Assembly (NCBI GenBank): GCA_963803805.1
Contig: CAWDOD010000003.1
Location: 288,001 to 352,000, forward strand
Origin: an uncultured cyanobacterium
Lineage (GTDB): Bacteria > Cyanobacteriota > Cyanobacteriia > Cyanobacteriales > CAWCAG01
DNA length: 64,000 nucleotides
Direction: 5' to 3'
Shown: positions 53,890 to 62,584 of the stretch, one piece after another
How positions within the stretch are numbered: position 1 is the first letter of the stretch
Layout: the number at the start of each line of letters is the position of its first letter
Notes under the pieces: generated by a model
Seen by the model: only the letters and a program-made list of their open reading frames with translations
What the model was told of the DNA's origin: nothing
Database searches by the model: none
Translations under genes and position numbers: made by a program

Positions 53890-54023
53890 ATTCTTCTTAT
53901 TACAGCAAACAAACAATTCCCCAAACTTCGACTCAGTATCCACTCCGTCACCTCAAGGCGAGTCATTTCAGGAAGCAGTGAGAAAAGCAACGAATGCAGC
54001 ACAAATAACTCATGTGATTTAGT

Positions 54024-55319
54024 TTAAATATCTAACCTTTGATAAATCTCATCCAAATGTTGCAAGTGATGTTGTGGATTGAAACAAGCTTCAATATCTT
54101 GAGGGGATAAAAACTCTGTCACTTTGTCATCTTTATTAATTAAGTCATGGAAGTTACCTTCAGGAGTATTCCAAGCTGTATGGGCGCAAGCTTGCACTGT
54201 TGCATAGGCTTCTTCGCGACTCATGCCTTTTTCTACTAAGGTTAGTAATACCCGTTGACTGAAAATTACGCCGCCGTAAACATTCATATTCCGTTTCATA
54301 TTCTCTGGATATACCAACAAGTTTTTCACTAAATTGGTGATTTCCCGCAACATGAAATGGGTGAGAATGCAAGCATCAGGAAGAATAACTCGTTCTACAG
54401 AACTGTGGGAAATGTCTCTTTCATGCCAAAGGGCTACATTCTCTACGGCTGCAACGGCATGACCTCGCACAATCCTAGCCATACCTGTCAAACGTTCAGA
54501 ACGTATGGGATTGCGCTTGTGGGGCATTGCTGAAGAACCCTTTTGTCCTTTAGCAAAAAACTCTTCTACTTCCAAAACATCCGTCTTTTGTAGGTTGCGA
54601 ATTTCTACAGCAAAACGTTCAATGGTGGCTGTAACTAAAGCTAATTGTTGTACATAATTAGCATGGCGATCGCGAGAAATAACTTGAGTCGAAGCAGTAT
54701 CCGGTTCTAAGCCCATTTTTTGACAGGCGATCGCTTCTACTTTCGGGTCAATATTTGCATAGGTTCCCACTGCCCCAGAAATCTTACCCACTGCAATTTC
54801 TTTACGCAAATGAACTAAGCGTTCTCGGTTACGCAACACTTCTGCTAACCAACCTGCTAACTTGAAACCAAAGGTAATTGGTTCAGCATGAATACCGTGG
54901 GAACGCCCAACCATAAAGGTGTTGCGGTGTTGTTGGGCTTGGTAGCGTATGGCTTGGCTTAATTCTTCAATTTTTTCTAAAATCAGGTCTAAACTAGCTA
55001 CCATTTGCAAAGCTAAGGCAGTGTCGAGGACATCAGAACTAGTTAAACCTAAATGAATATATCTCCCAGCATCCCCTACATATTCATTAACATTAGTCAG
55101 AAAAGCAATGACATCATGGCGTACTTCAGCTTCAATTTCTAAGACTCGTTGGGGATCAAAATCGGCCTTTTCCTTAATTTCTGCAACCGCTTCTATGGGA
55201 ATATAACCCAATTCCCCCTGTGCCTCACAAACTGCAATTTCTACTTTTAACCAAGTTTTTAGTTTATAGGTTTCTGTCCACAATGCGCCCATTTCGGGCA
55301 AAGTATAGCGCTCAATCAC
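54024..55319 (-). CDS. purB: Adenylosuccinate lyase
   Basis: MIERY, GRSHGIHAEP, GSSAMPHKRNP. Confidence 0.98.
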   Translation of the reverse strand: MIERYTLPEMGALWTETYKLKTWLKVEIAVCEAQGELGYIPIEAVAEIKEKADFDPQRVLEIEAEVRHDVIAFLTNVNEYVGDAGRYIHLGLTSSDVLDTALALQMVASLDLILEKIEELSQAIRYQAQQHRNTFMVGRSHGIHAEPITFGFKLAGWLAEVLRNRERLVHLRKEIAVGKISGAVGTYANIDPKVEAIACQKMGLEPDTASTQVISRDRHANYVQQLALVTATIERFAVEIRNLQKTDVLEVEEFFAKGQKGSSAMPHKRNPIRSERLTGMARIVRGHAVAAVENVALWHERDISHSSVERVILPDACILTHFMLREITNLVKNLLVYPENMKRNMNVYGGVIFSQRVLLTLVEKGMSREEAYATVQACAHTAWNTPEGNFHDLINKDDKVTEFLSPQDIEACFNPQHHLQHLDEIYQRLDI

Positions 55320-55467
55320 AGTTTATACAGGGGAAATATAACCGTCATATTGTAACTGAATTAAGGGAGCTAGGGAATAGTCACTCTTTCAATAGTCAAT
55401 AGGGGAAAGGGAAAAGTAGGTACTTGGGCAGAATTAATTTAATGTTTCCTTGAGTCTTTCCCTCTCT

Positions 55468-55764
55468 CTAGCCTTCTTCTGTGTTAAGAATCTTTGGTAC
55501 TCGGAAAAATTCATCGCTGCGATCTGGGGCTTCTTCTAAAAGTGCTTCTTTATAACCAAAGGGTTCTAATTCGTCAGGGCGGGTAATATTACTAGTATCA
55601 ATTGCCCTAGTAGTAGGAGGAACATCTTTTGTATCTAGTTCGCTAAGCTGTTCAAAGTACTCTAGAATATCACTCAACTGGGTAGCAAACTGCCCTTCTT
55701 CTTCTGTGGTAATAGCCAAACGAGCTAAATTAGCTACTTTTTTTACTTCTTCGCGGTCTATCAT
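55468..55764 (-). CDS. gatC: Asp/Glu-tRNA amidotransferase subunit C
   Basis: VKKVANLARL, ELDT.DVPPT, FRVPKI. Confidence 0.96.
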   Translation of the reverse strand: MIDREEVKKVANLARLAITTEEEGQFATQLSDILEYFEQLSELDTKDVPPTTRAIDTSNITRPDELEPFGYKEALLEEAPDRSDEFFRVPKILNTEEG

Positions 55765-55893
55765 AAGCTGAGGGAGTAGAGTTAATTAAAAATTAAAAAT
55801 TGCTCATTTATTGTAGAGGCAGGTTCTGCTAGATTTATGCTAGTTCCTGAAATCTAGATAAACCCGCCTTCACATAGTGCTTCTTAAGGGGAG

Positions 55894-56415
55894 TTAGAAA
55901 AAGACATCCATTTCTGAACGTCCTGTAATTTTCAGCCAGTTTTGAGCTTCAATATAATTGTTGGGGGCTAAGCGAATAGCTTGTTTCCAGTATTCAGCAG
56001 CTTTATTATAAAGTGCTTCTGCTTTGTCACTATTACCATCAAATTTAGCTTGTTCCCCAAGATGGTGGTGAATGACGGCAATATTATTGAGTGCCTGGGG
56101 CATACGAGGATTAAGATCGATAGCTTCGTTATAATATTCTAAAGCTTCTTCATGTTCACCATTGCTAGCTTTAATTAAACCAATATTGTAGAGAATATAA
56201 CTGCGATCATTAGCATCTTCTTCTAACTTCAAGGCTTCAAAATAGTTATCCAAAGCTTCTGCATATTCTCCATCAGCTTGGGCTGCCATGCCATCTCTAT
56301 AATAAGCAAAAGCTTCTTTAGACTGTTTATTAGTGGGCATGACTTTCAGGATGATGTCTGCCATAACAGTAAAGGTTTTATCAATAAAGTTATCGTTACG
56401 TTGAGTTCTCGGCAT
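55894..56415 (-). CDS. ycf3: Photosystem I assembly protein Ycf3
   Basis: [26 protein letters not shown]. Confidence 0.98.
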   Translation of the reverse strand: MPRTQRNDNFIDKTFTVMADIILKVMPTNKQSKEAFAYYRDGMAAQADGEYAEALDNYFEALKLEEDANDRSYILYNIGLIKASNGEHEEALEYYNEAIDLNPRMPQALNNIAVIHHHLGEQAKFDGNSDKAEALYNKAAEYWKQAIRLAPNNYIEAQNWLKITGRSEMDVFF

Positions 56416-56515
56416 AGTAATACCATTTATTATTTGCCATTAATAATAACGTTTCTCTGGTCAAGAGCGATTCGCAAAATCTCCCCTTACCCTTTCCCCT
56501 TTAAGCCTCACAAAA

Positions 56516-58357
56516 CTACTCCTCTTCCAATTCTGGCTTAGGTTTCTTCTCCAAGGGTAGTTCTTCAGGAACTTTAGGTTCTTTAGGTTCTTTAGGTTCT
56601 TGATTTTTCGCTTCTTCTTCTTCTTGGGCTTTACTCTGACTGGCTTTGTTCCCTAAATTTTCAAATTTTCTACGCCAATAGGGATTATTTGGGGGGCTAT
56701 TTGTAGCTGAAATCGCCTCATCCCAATCTCCCCGATTAAAAGCAGCTTCAGCTTGTTCAAATTGCGCTTCTGCGGCTGCCCAGTCGTTACTCCAAGTTTC
56801 AATAGTTCTTTGGGCTTCTCGATAGGCAGAACTATTGGCAGGTATGGAACTTAATTCCCTAATTGCCCCTGGTAAATCTCCTTGCTGATACTTTTCCCTC
56901 GCAGCCGCAACTATGGCATTGCCATTATCAACAGGTTGTGGTTTGGGTTTTGGTGTAGGAGATGGAGATGAAGATGGTTTTGGTGTAGGAGTTGGGGCAG
57001 CTACTGGTTCTACATCTACTTCACAATTAAGATAGTCACTATATACCCAACCACGGGGCTTGTTGATTTCTACCCATTTCCCTTCATTTTTACCAGAAAG
57101 AGAAACCTTAGTGCCATTTTTCACTTCTCCCACCTGTTCTCCATTAACATTAGGATTATCACGAACGTTCAAAGCTGGTTGGGCGTTTACTGTACACTTT
57201 TCGGTAGCATTGCCAATCAAGCTACCATCTTCTGGGAATAAGGAAACTATTTGTTCCCTGGCTGCAAAAGCAATACCAACCCCTGCCGCCACTAAGATAG
57301 CTAATAAGCTTCCTAAAAGTAGGGGGGCGCTATCGGGGCGGTTAGGGCCAATAGATGAAGGTATAGACGTTTGGGGAGAAGTTGGTTGTCTTGGTGGTGT
57401 AACTGCTACGGTTTGCTTTTGGGATAAGGGGTTTTGGGTGGAAGGTTTGTAGTGAGGAAGCTTGGGGAGAGAGTTATCTGAAACTTCTGGCTGATAAACA
57501 CGGGGAGAAGTTGGAGAAGTGGCAGGGGCTATTCCCGAATTAAGCTGTTCAAGTCTTTGCAATACTTCCGAGGCTGATTGATAGCGATCGCGGAAATGGT
57601 ACATAACCATACCATTTAAAATTGCTGCTAGTCCGGGGCTAACTTGGGCCCTTTGTTGCCAGAGAATTTCTCCTGTGTGGGGGTCATATTGAAATGCCAT
57701 CGGTTGAATTCCGGTGAGGGCTTGGATAGCAATCACCCCCAAGGCATAAATATCACTATTGGGACGAGGTTGTCCCCTAGCTTGTTCGCTAGGCATATAA
57801 CCAGGAGTTCCTACAGCAACGGTTTTAGTTACAGATTTGTCGATGAGTAAGGTTTGATTGCTGAGTTGCTTAACCGCCCCAAAATCCACTAAAACTATAT
57901 GGTTATCTGCTTTTCTTCGTAGTAGGTTATCTGGTTTAACGTCTCGGTGAATGACTCCTTGTTTATGGACAAAATCTAAGATAGGCAAAACATCTTGGAG
58001 GAGTGCTTTAACTTTTGTTTCGGTCCAAGGTTTACCGGGGATTAATTCATCAGAGAGATTATGACCATCAATAAAATCTTGGACTAAATAAAATTCTTGA
58101 TTTTCTTCAAAATAAGCTAATAATCTGGGAATTTGGGGATGATTGCCCACTTTTTCTAGACTTTCAGCTTCGGTATTAAATAAACGCCTCGCTGCGAGTA
58201 AAAAGTTAGCATCTCTAGTAGCGGGTTCGAGTTGTTTCACTACACAAACAGGATTGCCTGGCCGCCTCGTGTCTTGGGCCACATAGGTTTTACCAAAACC
58301 ACCTGCACCTAATACCTTAACAACTTGATATCGCCCGTCGAGTAACTTACCTATCAT
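56516..58357 (-). CDS. Ser/Thr protein kinase with TM and SH3b domain
   Basis: LGAGGFG, HRDVKPDN, DFG, GTPGY; TM; LNVR..PN....G.W.EI..P.GWV...YL. Confidence 0.93.
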   Translation of the reverse strand: MIGKLLDGRYQVVKVLGAGGFGKTYVAQDTRRPGNPVCVVKQLEPATRDANFLLAARRLFNTEAESLEKVGNHPQIPRLLAYFEENQEFYLVQDFIDGHNLSDELIPGKPWTETKVKALLQDVLPILDFVHKQGVIHRDVKPDNLLRRKADNHIVLVDFGAVKQLSNQTLLIDKSVTKTVAVGTPGYMPSEQARGQPRPNSDIYALGVIAIQALTGIQPMAFQYDPHTGEILWQQRAQVSPGLAAILNGMVMYHFRDRYQSASEVLQRLEQLNSGIAPATSPTSPRVYQPEVSDNSLPKLPHYKPSTQNPLSQKQTVAVTPPRQPTSPQTSIPSSIGPNRPDSAPLLLGSLLAILVAAGVGIAFAAREQIVSLFPEDGSLIGNATEKCTVNAQPALNVRDNPNVNGEQVGEVKNGTKVSLSGKNEGKWVEINKPRGWVYSDYLNCEVDVEPVAAPTPTPKPSSSPSPTPKPKPQPVDNGNAIVAAAREKYQQGDLPGAIRELSSIPANSSAYREAQRTIETWSNDWAAAEAQFEQAEAAFNRGDWDEAISATNSPPNNPYWRRKFENLGNKASQSKAQEEEEAKNQEPKEPKEPKVPEELPLEKKPKPELEEE

Positions 58358-58416
58358 TTCGAGGATTTGCTTAAGAGGTTAAAATTACATACTGACATAT
58401 CTAGCTAAGGTCAGGT

Positions 58417-59181
58417 TTATTTTTTTTCTTTAAAAGGGCTTTCTGCTTCGAGTTGTTTGATCTGTTTTTGTAGGGCAGTTAATTTTAAGCGTAGTTGAGA
58501 ATCTTCCTGGATATCAAGAAGGCGACAGAGGCGATCGCGCATTTTTTGGTGATGTCTTAAGGTTGTGTCCCAATCTCCTTGTAAACCGTAGCTACGACTA
58601 TTGATTTGTTCTTCTGGCAAGCAGAAAAATACGCCACCATCAGTACGTTGAATACTTCCTTCCCAAAGGTCAAAAACCCTAGCATTGCCTGTAATAGGGC
58701 TATTGCTATTTTGACTGCCATAGATATGAAGACTTAAAAATTCTGATTGTCCTGAGTTACCCATTTGGTGAATAAGTTCGCCATCAACTAATTTTACTTC
58801 TTGGGGTGCAAAGTCTATTCTTTTGGTGGTTCGCAGTATGCCATGTCTAAATTTATAAACGTAATGTTCTGCTATACCAAAACATTGTACTGCACCCCAT
58901 TGAGTGCAACCGTGATCATGAATGGCACTATAATCCCCTGGACTCCAGGACATGACCATGACTTCAAAATGACCTCCATCGTAGACTAGCTGGCGACCAT
59001 AGCTATCAGGAAGGGGATGATTAAAGTTTGCCCAAGGCATTAATTCTTGCGGTGCAATGTTGGCTTTTAAGATGCAGTTACGAACCCCTTCCGGAGTTAA
59101 AATCGAATGTTTTTTCAAACTATTAATTAGCGATTGCAAACTCTTGGGTAGCAATGGAGTTGCATTAGTAGCTTGAATCAT
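58417..59181 (-). CDS. Cysteine/thiol dioxygenase family cupin
   Basis: YGR, W.PG..SAIHDHG, IHQMGN, SLHIYG. Confidence 0.85.
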   Translation of the reverse strand: MIQATNATPLLPKSLQSLINSLKKHSILTPEGVRNCILKANIAPQELMPWANFNHPLPDSYGRQLVYDGGHFEVMVMSWSPGDYSAIHDHGCTQWGAVQCFGIAEHYVYKFRHGILRTTKRIDFAPQEVKLVDGELIHQMGNSGQSEFLSLHIYGSQNSNSPITGNARVFDLWEGSIQRTDGGVFFCLPEEQINSRSYGLQGDWDTTLRHHQKMRDRLCRLLDIQEDSQLRLKLTALQKQIKQLEAESPFKEKK

Positions 59182-59506
59182 TTTTCTAATCCTTTAACTA
59201 ATTTATTTCTAAGGTAGAAACTAATACTTAAAGAAATCTGATAAATGTTCATTTTAGCCTTAGAATAGTTTGAGCAAATTCTTAGGTAATCCTCATCTAA
59301 AGTATAAATAGTGAACCTATGCTAACTATGATAATTTTAGTAATTTACATATGATATAGATGTAAAACGACATAGATATGAAGGCTTAGAGGCCAGTGCT
59401 TATGAAAGCTGGACTAATTTAGTCAGCGCTGGGGGAAATATGCTTCAGAAGTTGGAGAGAAACATAAAATTAATTTTGCTTAAGTACTTACCTATGGTTA
59501 TCTTGC

Positions 59507-59535
59507 TTGACGAAAAGAAGACCTTTTGTTAAAGT
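59507..59535 (+). promoter_or_regulatory. Sigma70-type promoter of the DAHP synthase leader
   Basis: TTGACG (59507-12), 17-bp spacer, TAAAGT (59530-35), extended -10 TG. Confidence 0.75.
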
Positions 59536-59562
59536 AAGCAAAGCTATTAGATATCGTCAATA

Positions 59563-59619
59563 ATGTTCTCCAGTTTCCAGGATTTTTACTTTTGGTTTAA
59601 ATCGGTTCGCCGCGAGTGA
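59563..59619 (+). CDS. Aromatic-rich leader peptide 1 (MFSSFQDFYFWFKSVRRE)
   Basis: 18 codons with 5 Phe, 1 Tyr, 1 Trp; its 3' end can pair with the 5' arm of terminator 1. Confidence 0.8.
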   Translation: MFSSFQDFYFWFKSVRRE

Positions 59620-59647
59620 ATCTAGCTTTGTCTGGAATCTCCCGGTG

Positions 59648-59677
59648 GACCGCAGAATTAAAACTGCGGTCTTTTTT
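59648..59677 (+). terminator. Intrinsic terminator 1 (attenuator)
   Basis: GACCGCAG-8 nt-CTGCGGTC-T6. Confidence 0.88.
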
Positions 59678-59713
59678 ATTGCTCGAATTTTCCCAACTCC
59701 GTTCCAAAACACC

Positions 59714-59770
59714 ATGAGTTTCTACTTTTATTACTTTCACTTTTTTTGGCCTAGACAAAGTTCCGGGTAG
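59714..59770 (+). CDS. Aromatic-rich leader peptide 2 (MSFYFYYFHFFWPRQSSG)
   Basis: 18 codons; 9 of 10 consecutive residues are Phe/Tyr/Trp; its 3' end can pair with the 5' arm of terminator 2. Confidence 0.85.
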   Translation: MSFYFYYFHFFWPRQSSG

Positions 59771-59794
59771 ATAGCCTCATGCCGTTGTTTTATC

Positions 59795-59828
59795 AAGCCT
59801 GGAACTGAATCAAGTTCCGGGCTTTTTT
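59795..59828 (+). terminator. Intrinsic terminator 2 (attenuator)
   Basis: AAGCCTGGAACT-6 nt-AGTTCCGGGCTT, running into a T6 tract 38 bp before the ATG. Confidence 0.88.
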
Positions 59829-59866
59829 ATTGTCCTACTACTATAAATTAAAGGAATCATTGCTTC

Positions 59867-60724
59867 ATGTTAGGTGCTAAACTCGCCCTCAAATCTCTAT
59901 CTCAACCCACAAGTCTGATCAACATATCCGATCAAGTTACCATCGGTGGTTCAGAAATTGTTATTATTGGTGGCCCCTGTGCGGTAGAAAATTTAGAGCA
60001 AATGGAAACTGTTGCAGAAAAACTTGCAGCAACTTCAGTACAAGCTTTGCGGGGTGGAGTCTATAAACCTCGCACCTCTCCCTACTCTTTTCAAGGATTA
60101 GGTAAAGAAGGATTAGATATTTTTACTACTATTAAGAATCGTTGGCATATACCTGTTGTTTCAGAAGTTATGGCTATTAGTCAAATTGAAGAGATGACTG
60201 CTTGTATCGATATGTTCCAAGTTGGTAGTCGTAATATGCAAAACTTTGATTTGTTGAAAGCTTTAGGACAAGCAGGGAAGCCAGTATTACTTAAACGAGG
60301 TTTGGCTGCAACCCTAGAAGAATTTATTTTCGCCGCAGAATATATTTTAAGTCACGGTAACTCCCAAGTTGTTTTTTGCGAAAGGGGTATCCGTAGCTTT
60401 GATAATTACACTCGTAATGTTTTAGATTTGGGTACGGTAGCAGCTTTAAAACAGTTAACTCACTTACCTGTAATTGTTGATCCTTCCCACGCCGCCGGGA
60501 GAAGAGAGTTAATTGCGCCTTTGGCTAAAGCGGCGATCGCCTGTGGTGCTGATGGTTTGATTATCGAATGTCACCCCACCCCCAAAGAGTCTATTTCTGA
60601 TGCTAGTCAAGCTCTTTCTTTAGAAGAAATGGTAAGTTTAGTTGCTGATCTCAAACCTATTGCTAAAGCAGTAGAACGCAATATAGCAACTTCATCACCT
60701 AGTCGTGAACTTTCTTTAGTTTAG
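59867..60724 (+). CDS. aroF: DAHP synthase, type I-beta, short form
   Basis: GPCAVE, GGVYKPRTSPYSFQG, GSRNMQN, LKRG, CERGI, DPSH, IECH. Confidence 0.93.
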   Translation: MLGAKLALKSLSQPTSLINISDQVTIGGSEIVIIGGPCAVENLEQMETVAEKLAATSVQALRGGVYKPRTSPYSFQGLGKEGLDIFTTIKNRWHIPVVSEVMAISQIEEMTACIDMFQVGSRNMQNFDLLKALGQAGKPVLLKRGLAATLEEFIFAAEYILSHGNSQVVFCERGIRSFDNYTRNVLDLGTVAALKQLTHLPVIVDPSHAAGRRELIAPLAKAAIACGADGLIIECHPTPKESISDASQALSLEEMVSLVADLKPIAKAVERNIATSSPSRELSLV

Positions 60725-60730
60725 CTTTCC

Positions 60731-60772
60731 GGTTGGCAGTTTCCTGGATTCAACATTCAGCCTCTGCCAACC
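60731..60772. terminator. Hairpin after aroF
   Basis: GGTTGGCAG/CTGCCAACC stem between convergent genes. Confidence 0.5.
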
Positions 60773-60835
60773 TTCTACAACGATAATCTAAATTCATATC
60801 CTAAATTAAGCAATGCCAAAAAAGCTTTGCAGTAT

Positions 60836-61267
60836 CTAATCCAAATAAGCAAAAAAGCCTTCAGGAACAAGTCGCAATTCCCTACAACTAAACTTATTTA
60901 TATCTACCCAAAGAGCCTTTTTCTTTTTCTTCCCTTCCTGAAAAATCATTTCTGTTAACTCATAGAACTTATTATCTTTAAAATCGCACTGATAAAGTTG
61001 AATGATTTCATGACCAGTCTCTCCATCGCAAGTAAAAATATTTTCCAAACAACTAAGATATTTAATATTTGTTAATTCTGCTTGTATTTCTTCTTGAAAC
61101 TCTCTTTGTAAAGCTTCTAAACTAGTTTCACCAAAATCTACGCCACCTCCCAAAGCACGGTAAAACATATCTTTTTTAAAAGAGTCATGTCCCTCAGAAA
61201 CAAAGATGCGATCGCCCTCACGAATCAAACCCAAAGCAATAACCCGTATTTTCTTTTTCTTGGTCAT
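60836..61267 (-). CDS. NUDIX hydrolase
   Basis: GGGVDFGETSLEALQREFQEE Nudix box; start at MTKKKK. Confidence 0.9.
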   Translation of the reverse strand: MTKKKKIRVIALGLIREGDRIFVSEGHDSFKKDMFYRALGGGVDFGETSLEALQREFQEEIQAELTNIKYLSCLENIFTCDGETGHEIIQLYQCDFKDNKFYELTEMIFQEGKKKKKALWVDINKFSCRELRLVPEGFFAYLD

Positions 61268-61300
61268 CTCCAAATATCCATAACAAAGTAGATACAACTT

Positions 61301-61386
61301 TATAGCAATTCTCGTGCTTGTTAGGTACAAAAAACCTCGGTTTGGGGAACACAGAAATGTACCTCATGAATCTGAGAAACGCTATA
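61301..61386. repeat. Small MITE-like palindrome (TATAGC...AGGTACA / TGTACCT...GCTATA)
   Basis: Imperfect ~29-bp terminal inverted repeats with TATA ends. Confidence 0.7.
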
Positions 61387-61415
61387 TTACTTCTATTGAC
61401 TATTGAAAGGCAGTA

Positions 61416-61859
61416 TCATTCATAAAATAAAGATTCACTCTTTGCATCAACAGGCCAATCTTCATTTTCTCCCCCTATAATAACTCTGCTAATCTGCACA
61501 TATTCTTTATTAAATTGCCTCAAAGCGTTGAGCAAAATATCCAAACTAATTAAATCACTGGTTCCCAAATCAAACCAACAACGACCCCATAATCCCAAAT
61601 AATCAAACTCTCCCATATTGTGCATAGGAGACATAAGACTATTTTCTGCTGCCTCGTTGTCATATTCCAAGTAACTTAGATCAATGCCAGTATCTTGTAC
61701 CTGCAAACTTTCAGCATTGAATCCTCCTAACTTACCAAGGAAAAACCAAGAGTTAAAAACTTCTTCAACAAACTGTTTTTCTCTCTGGGCAGGAACAGTC
61801 TCAAACTCTAGCCAAATCCACAGATCAAAAGGGTTAAATTCACGAAATTGTACTTCCAT
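61416..61859 (-). CDS. DUF3531 family protein
   Basis: FREFNPF..WIWLEF, SWF.LGKLGGFN, W.RCWFDLGTSD. Confidence 0.8.
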   Translation of the reverse strand: MEVQFREFNPFDLWIWLEFETVPAQREKQFVEEVFNSWFFLGKLGGFNAESLQVQDTGIDLSYLEYDNEAAENSLMSPMHNMGEFDYLGLWGRCWFDLGTSDLISLDILLNALRQFNKEYVQISRVIIGGENEDWPVDAKSESLFYE

Positions 61860-61894
61860 AAAAGATTAGCTAAGTTAATATTAAATAGTTCTTT

Positions 61895-62431
61895 TTAACG
61901 CAGTTTGTTTGTGTTATCTACCAAACTTTGAGCAAATTTATCGAAGCGTTGAGACAGCTTTTCATCAACTAGCTTACCTTCCTCATCAAAAGCTTGCCAA
62001 GCTTGACCAATAGCAATCTGTTCAGGAATTACCCAACCATGAACCCAACGTACAATTATGCGCAAGCTATTAAGAGCATTGCTGTTAGACTGTCCTCCCA
62101 AAACGCTAATTAAGCCTGTTACTTTACCGGAAAGATGCTCAAAACTCAATAGATCCAAAGCATTCTTTAAAACGCCACTCACACTACCATGATACTCCGG
62201 AGTTGCCAAAATCAAACCGTCGGCTTCTTTAACTTTGTTACGCAGCTTTTCGACATCAGGATAATCAGAATAGTCATCCCCACCATGACAAAAAGGTAGT
62301 TGCATTTGCCGCAAGTCAAGAATTTCTACTTCTGCCCCCAAGGCTTCCACCCTCGCTGTTGCTAGTTCCAAGGCTTTGTAGCTATGGGCATCCGGGCGCA
62401 AACTACCACCGATACCAATGATCTTAACCAT
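61895..62431 (-). CDS. NADPH-dependent FMN reductase
   Basis: GSLR, ATPEYHGSVSGVLKNALD. Confidence 0.92.
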   Translation of the reverse strand: MVKIIGIGGSLRPDAHSYKALELATARVEALGAEVEILDLRQMQLPFCHGGDDYSDYPDVEKLRNKVKEADGLILATPEYHGSVSGVLKNALDLLSFEHLSGKVTGLISVLGGQSNSNALNSLRIIVRWVHGWVIPEQIAIGQAWQAFDEEGKLVDEKLSQRFDKFAQSLVDNTNKLR

Positions 62432-62584
62432 AAAAATATTCCTCTTTTATGAACTCGTAACGACTATGATTAAATTGTAGCAACTTTTTTTAGTTGTGTC
62501 AGAAAGGGGTTAAGGGGTAAAGGTTAAGGGGTAAACGTGCCATACTGAGTTGTAACCCAACTAGCAATTAGCAATTAGCAAAGT

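Noticed and set aside
53816-54022. 68-aa ORF
   Set aside because: Starts inside the REPIN-like repeat; likely spurious.
59385-59440. Possible riboswitch upstream of the cysteine dioxygenase
   Set aside because: Only short stems (CCAGTGCT/AGCGCTGG, GACTAA/TTAGTC); no aptamer consensus that I recognise.
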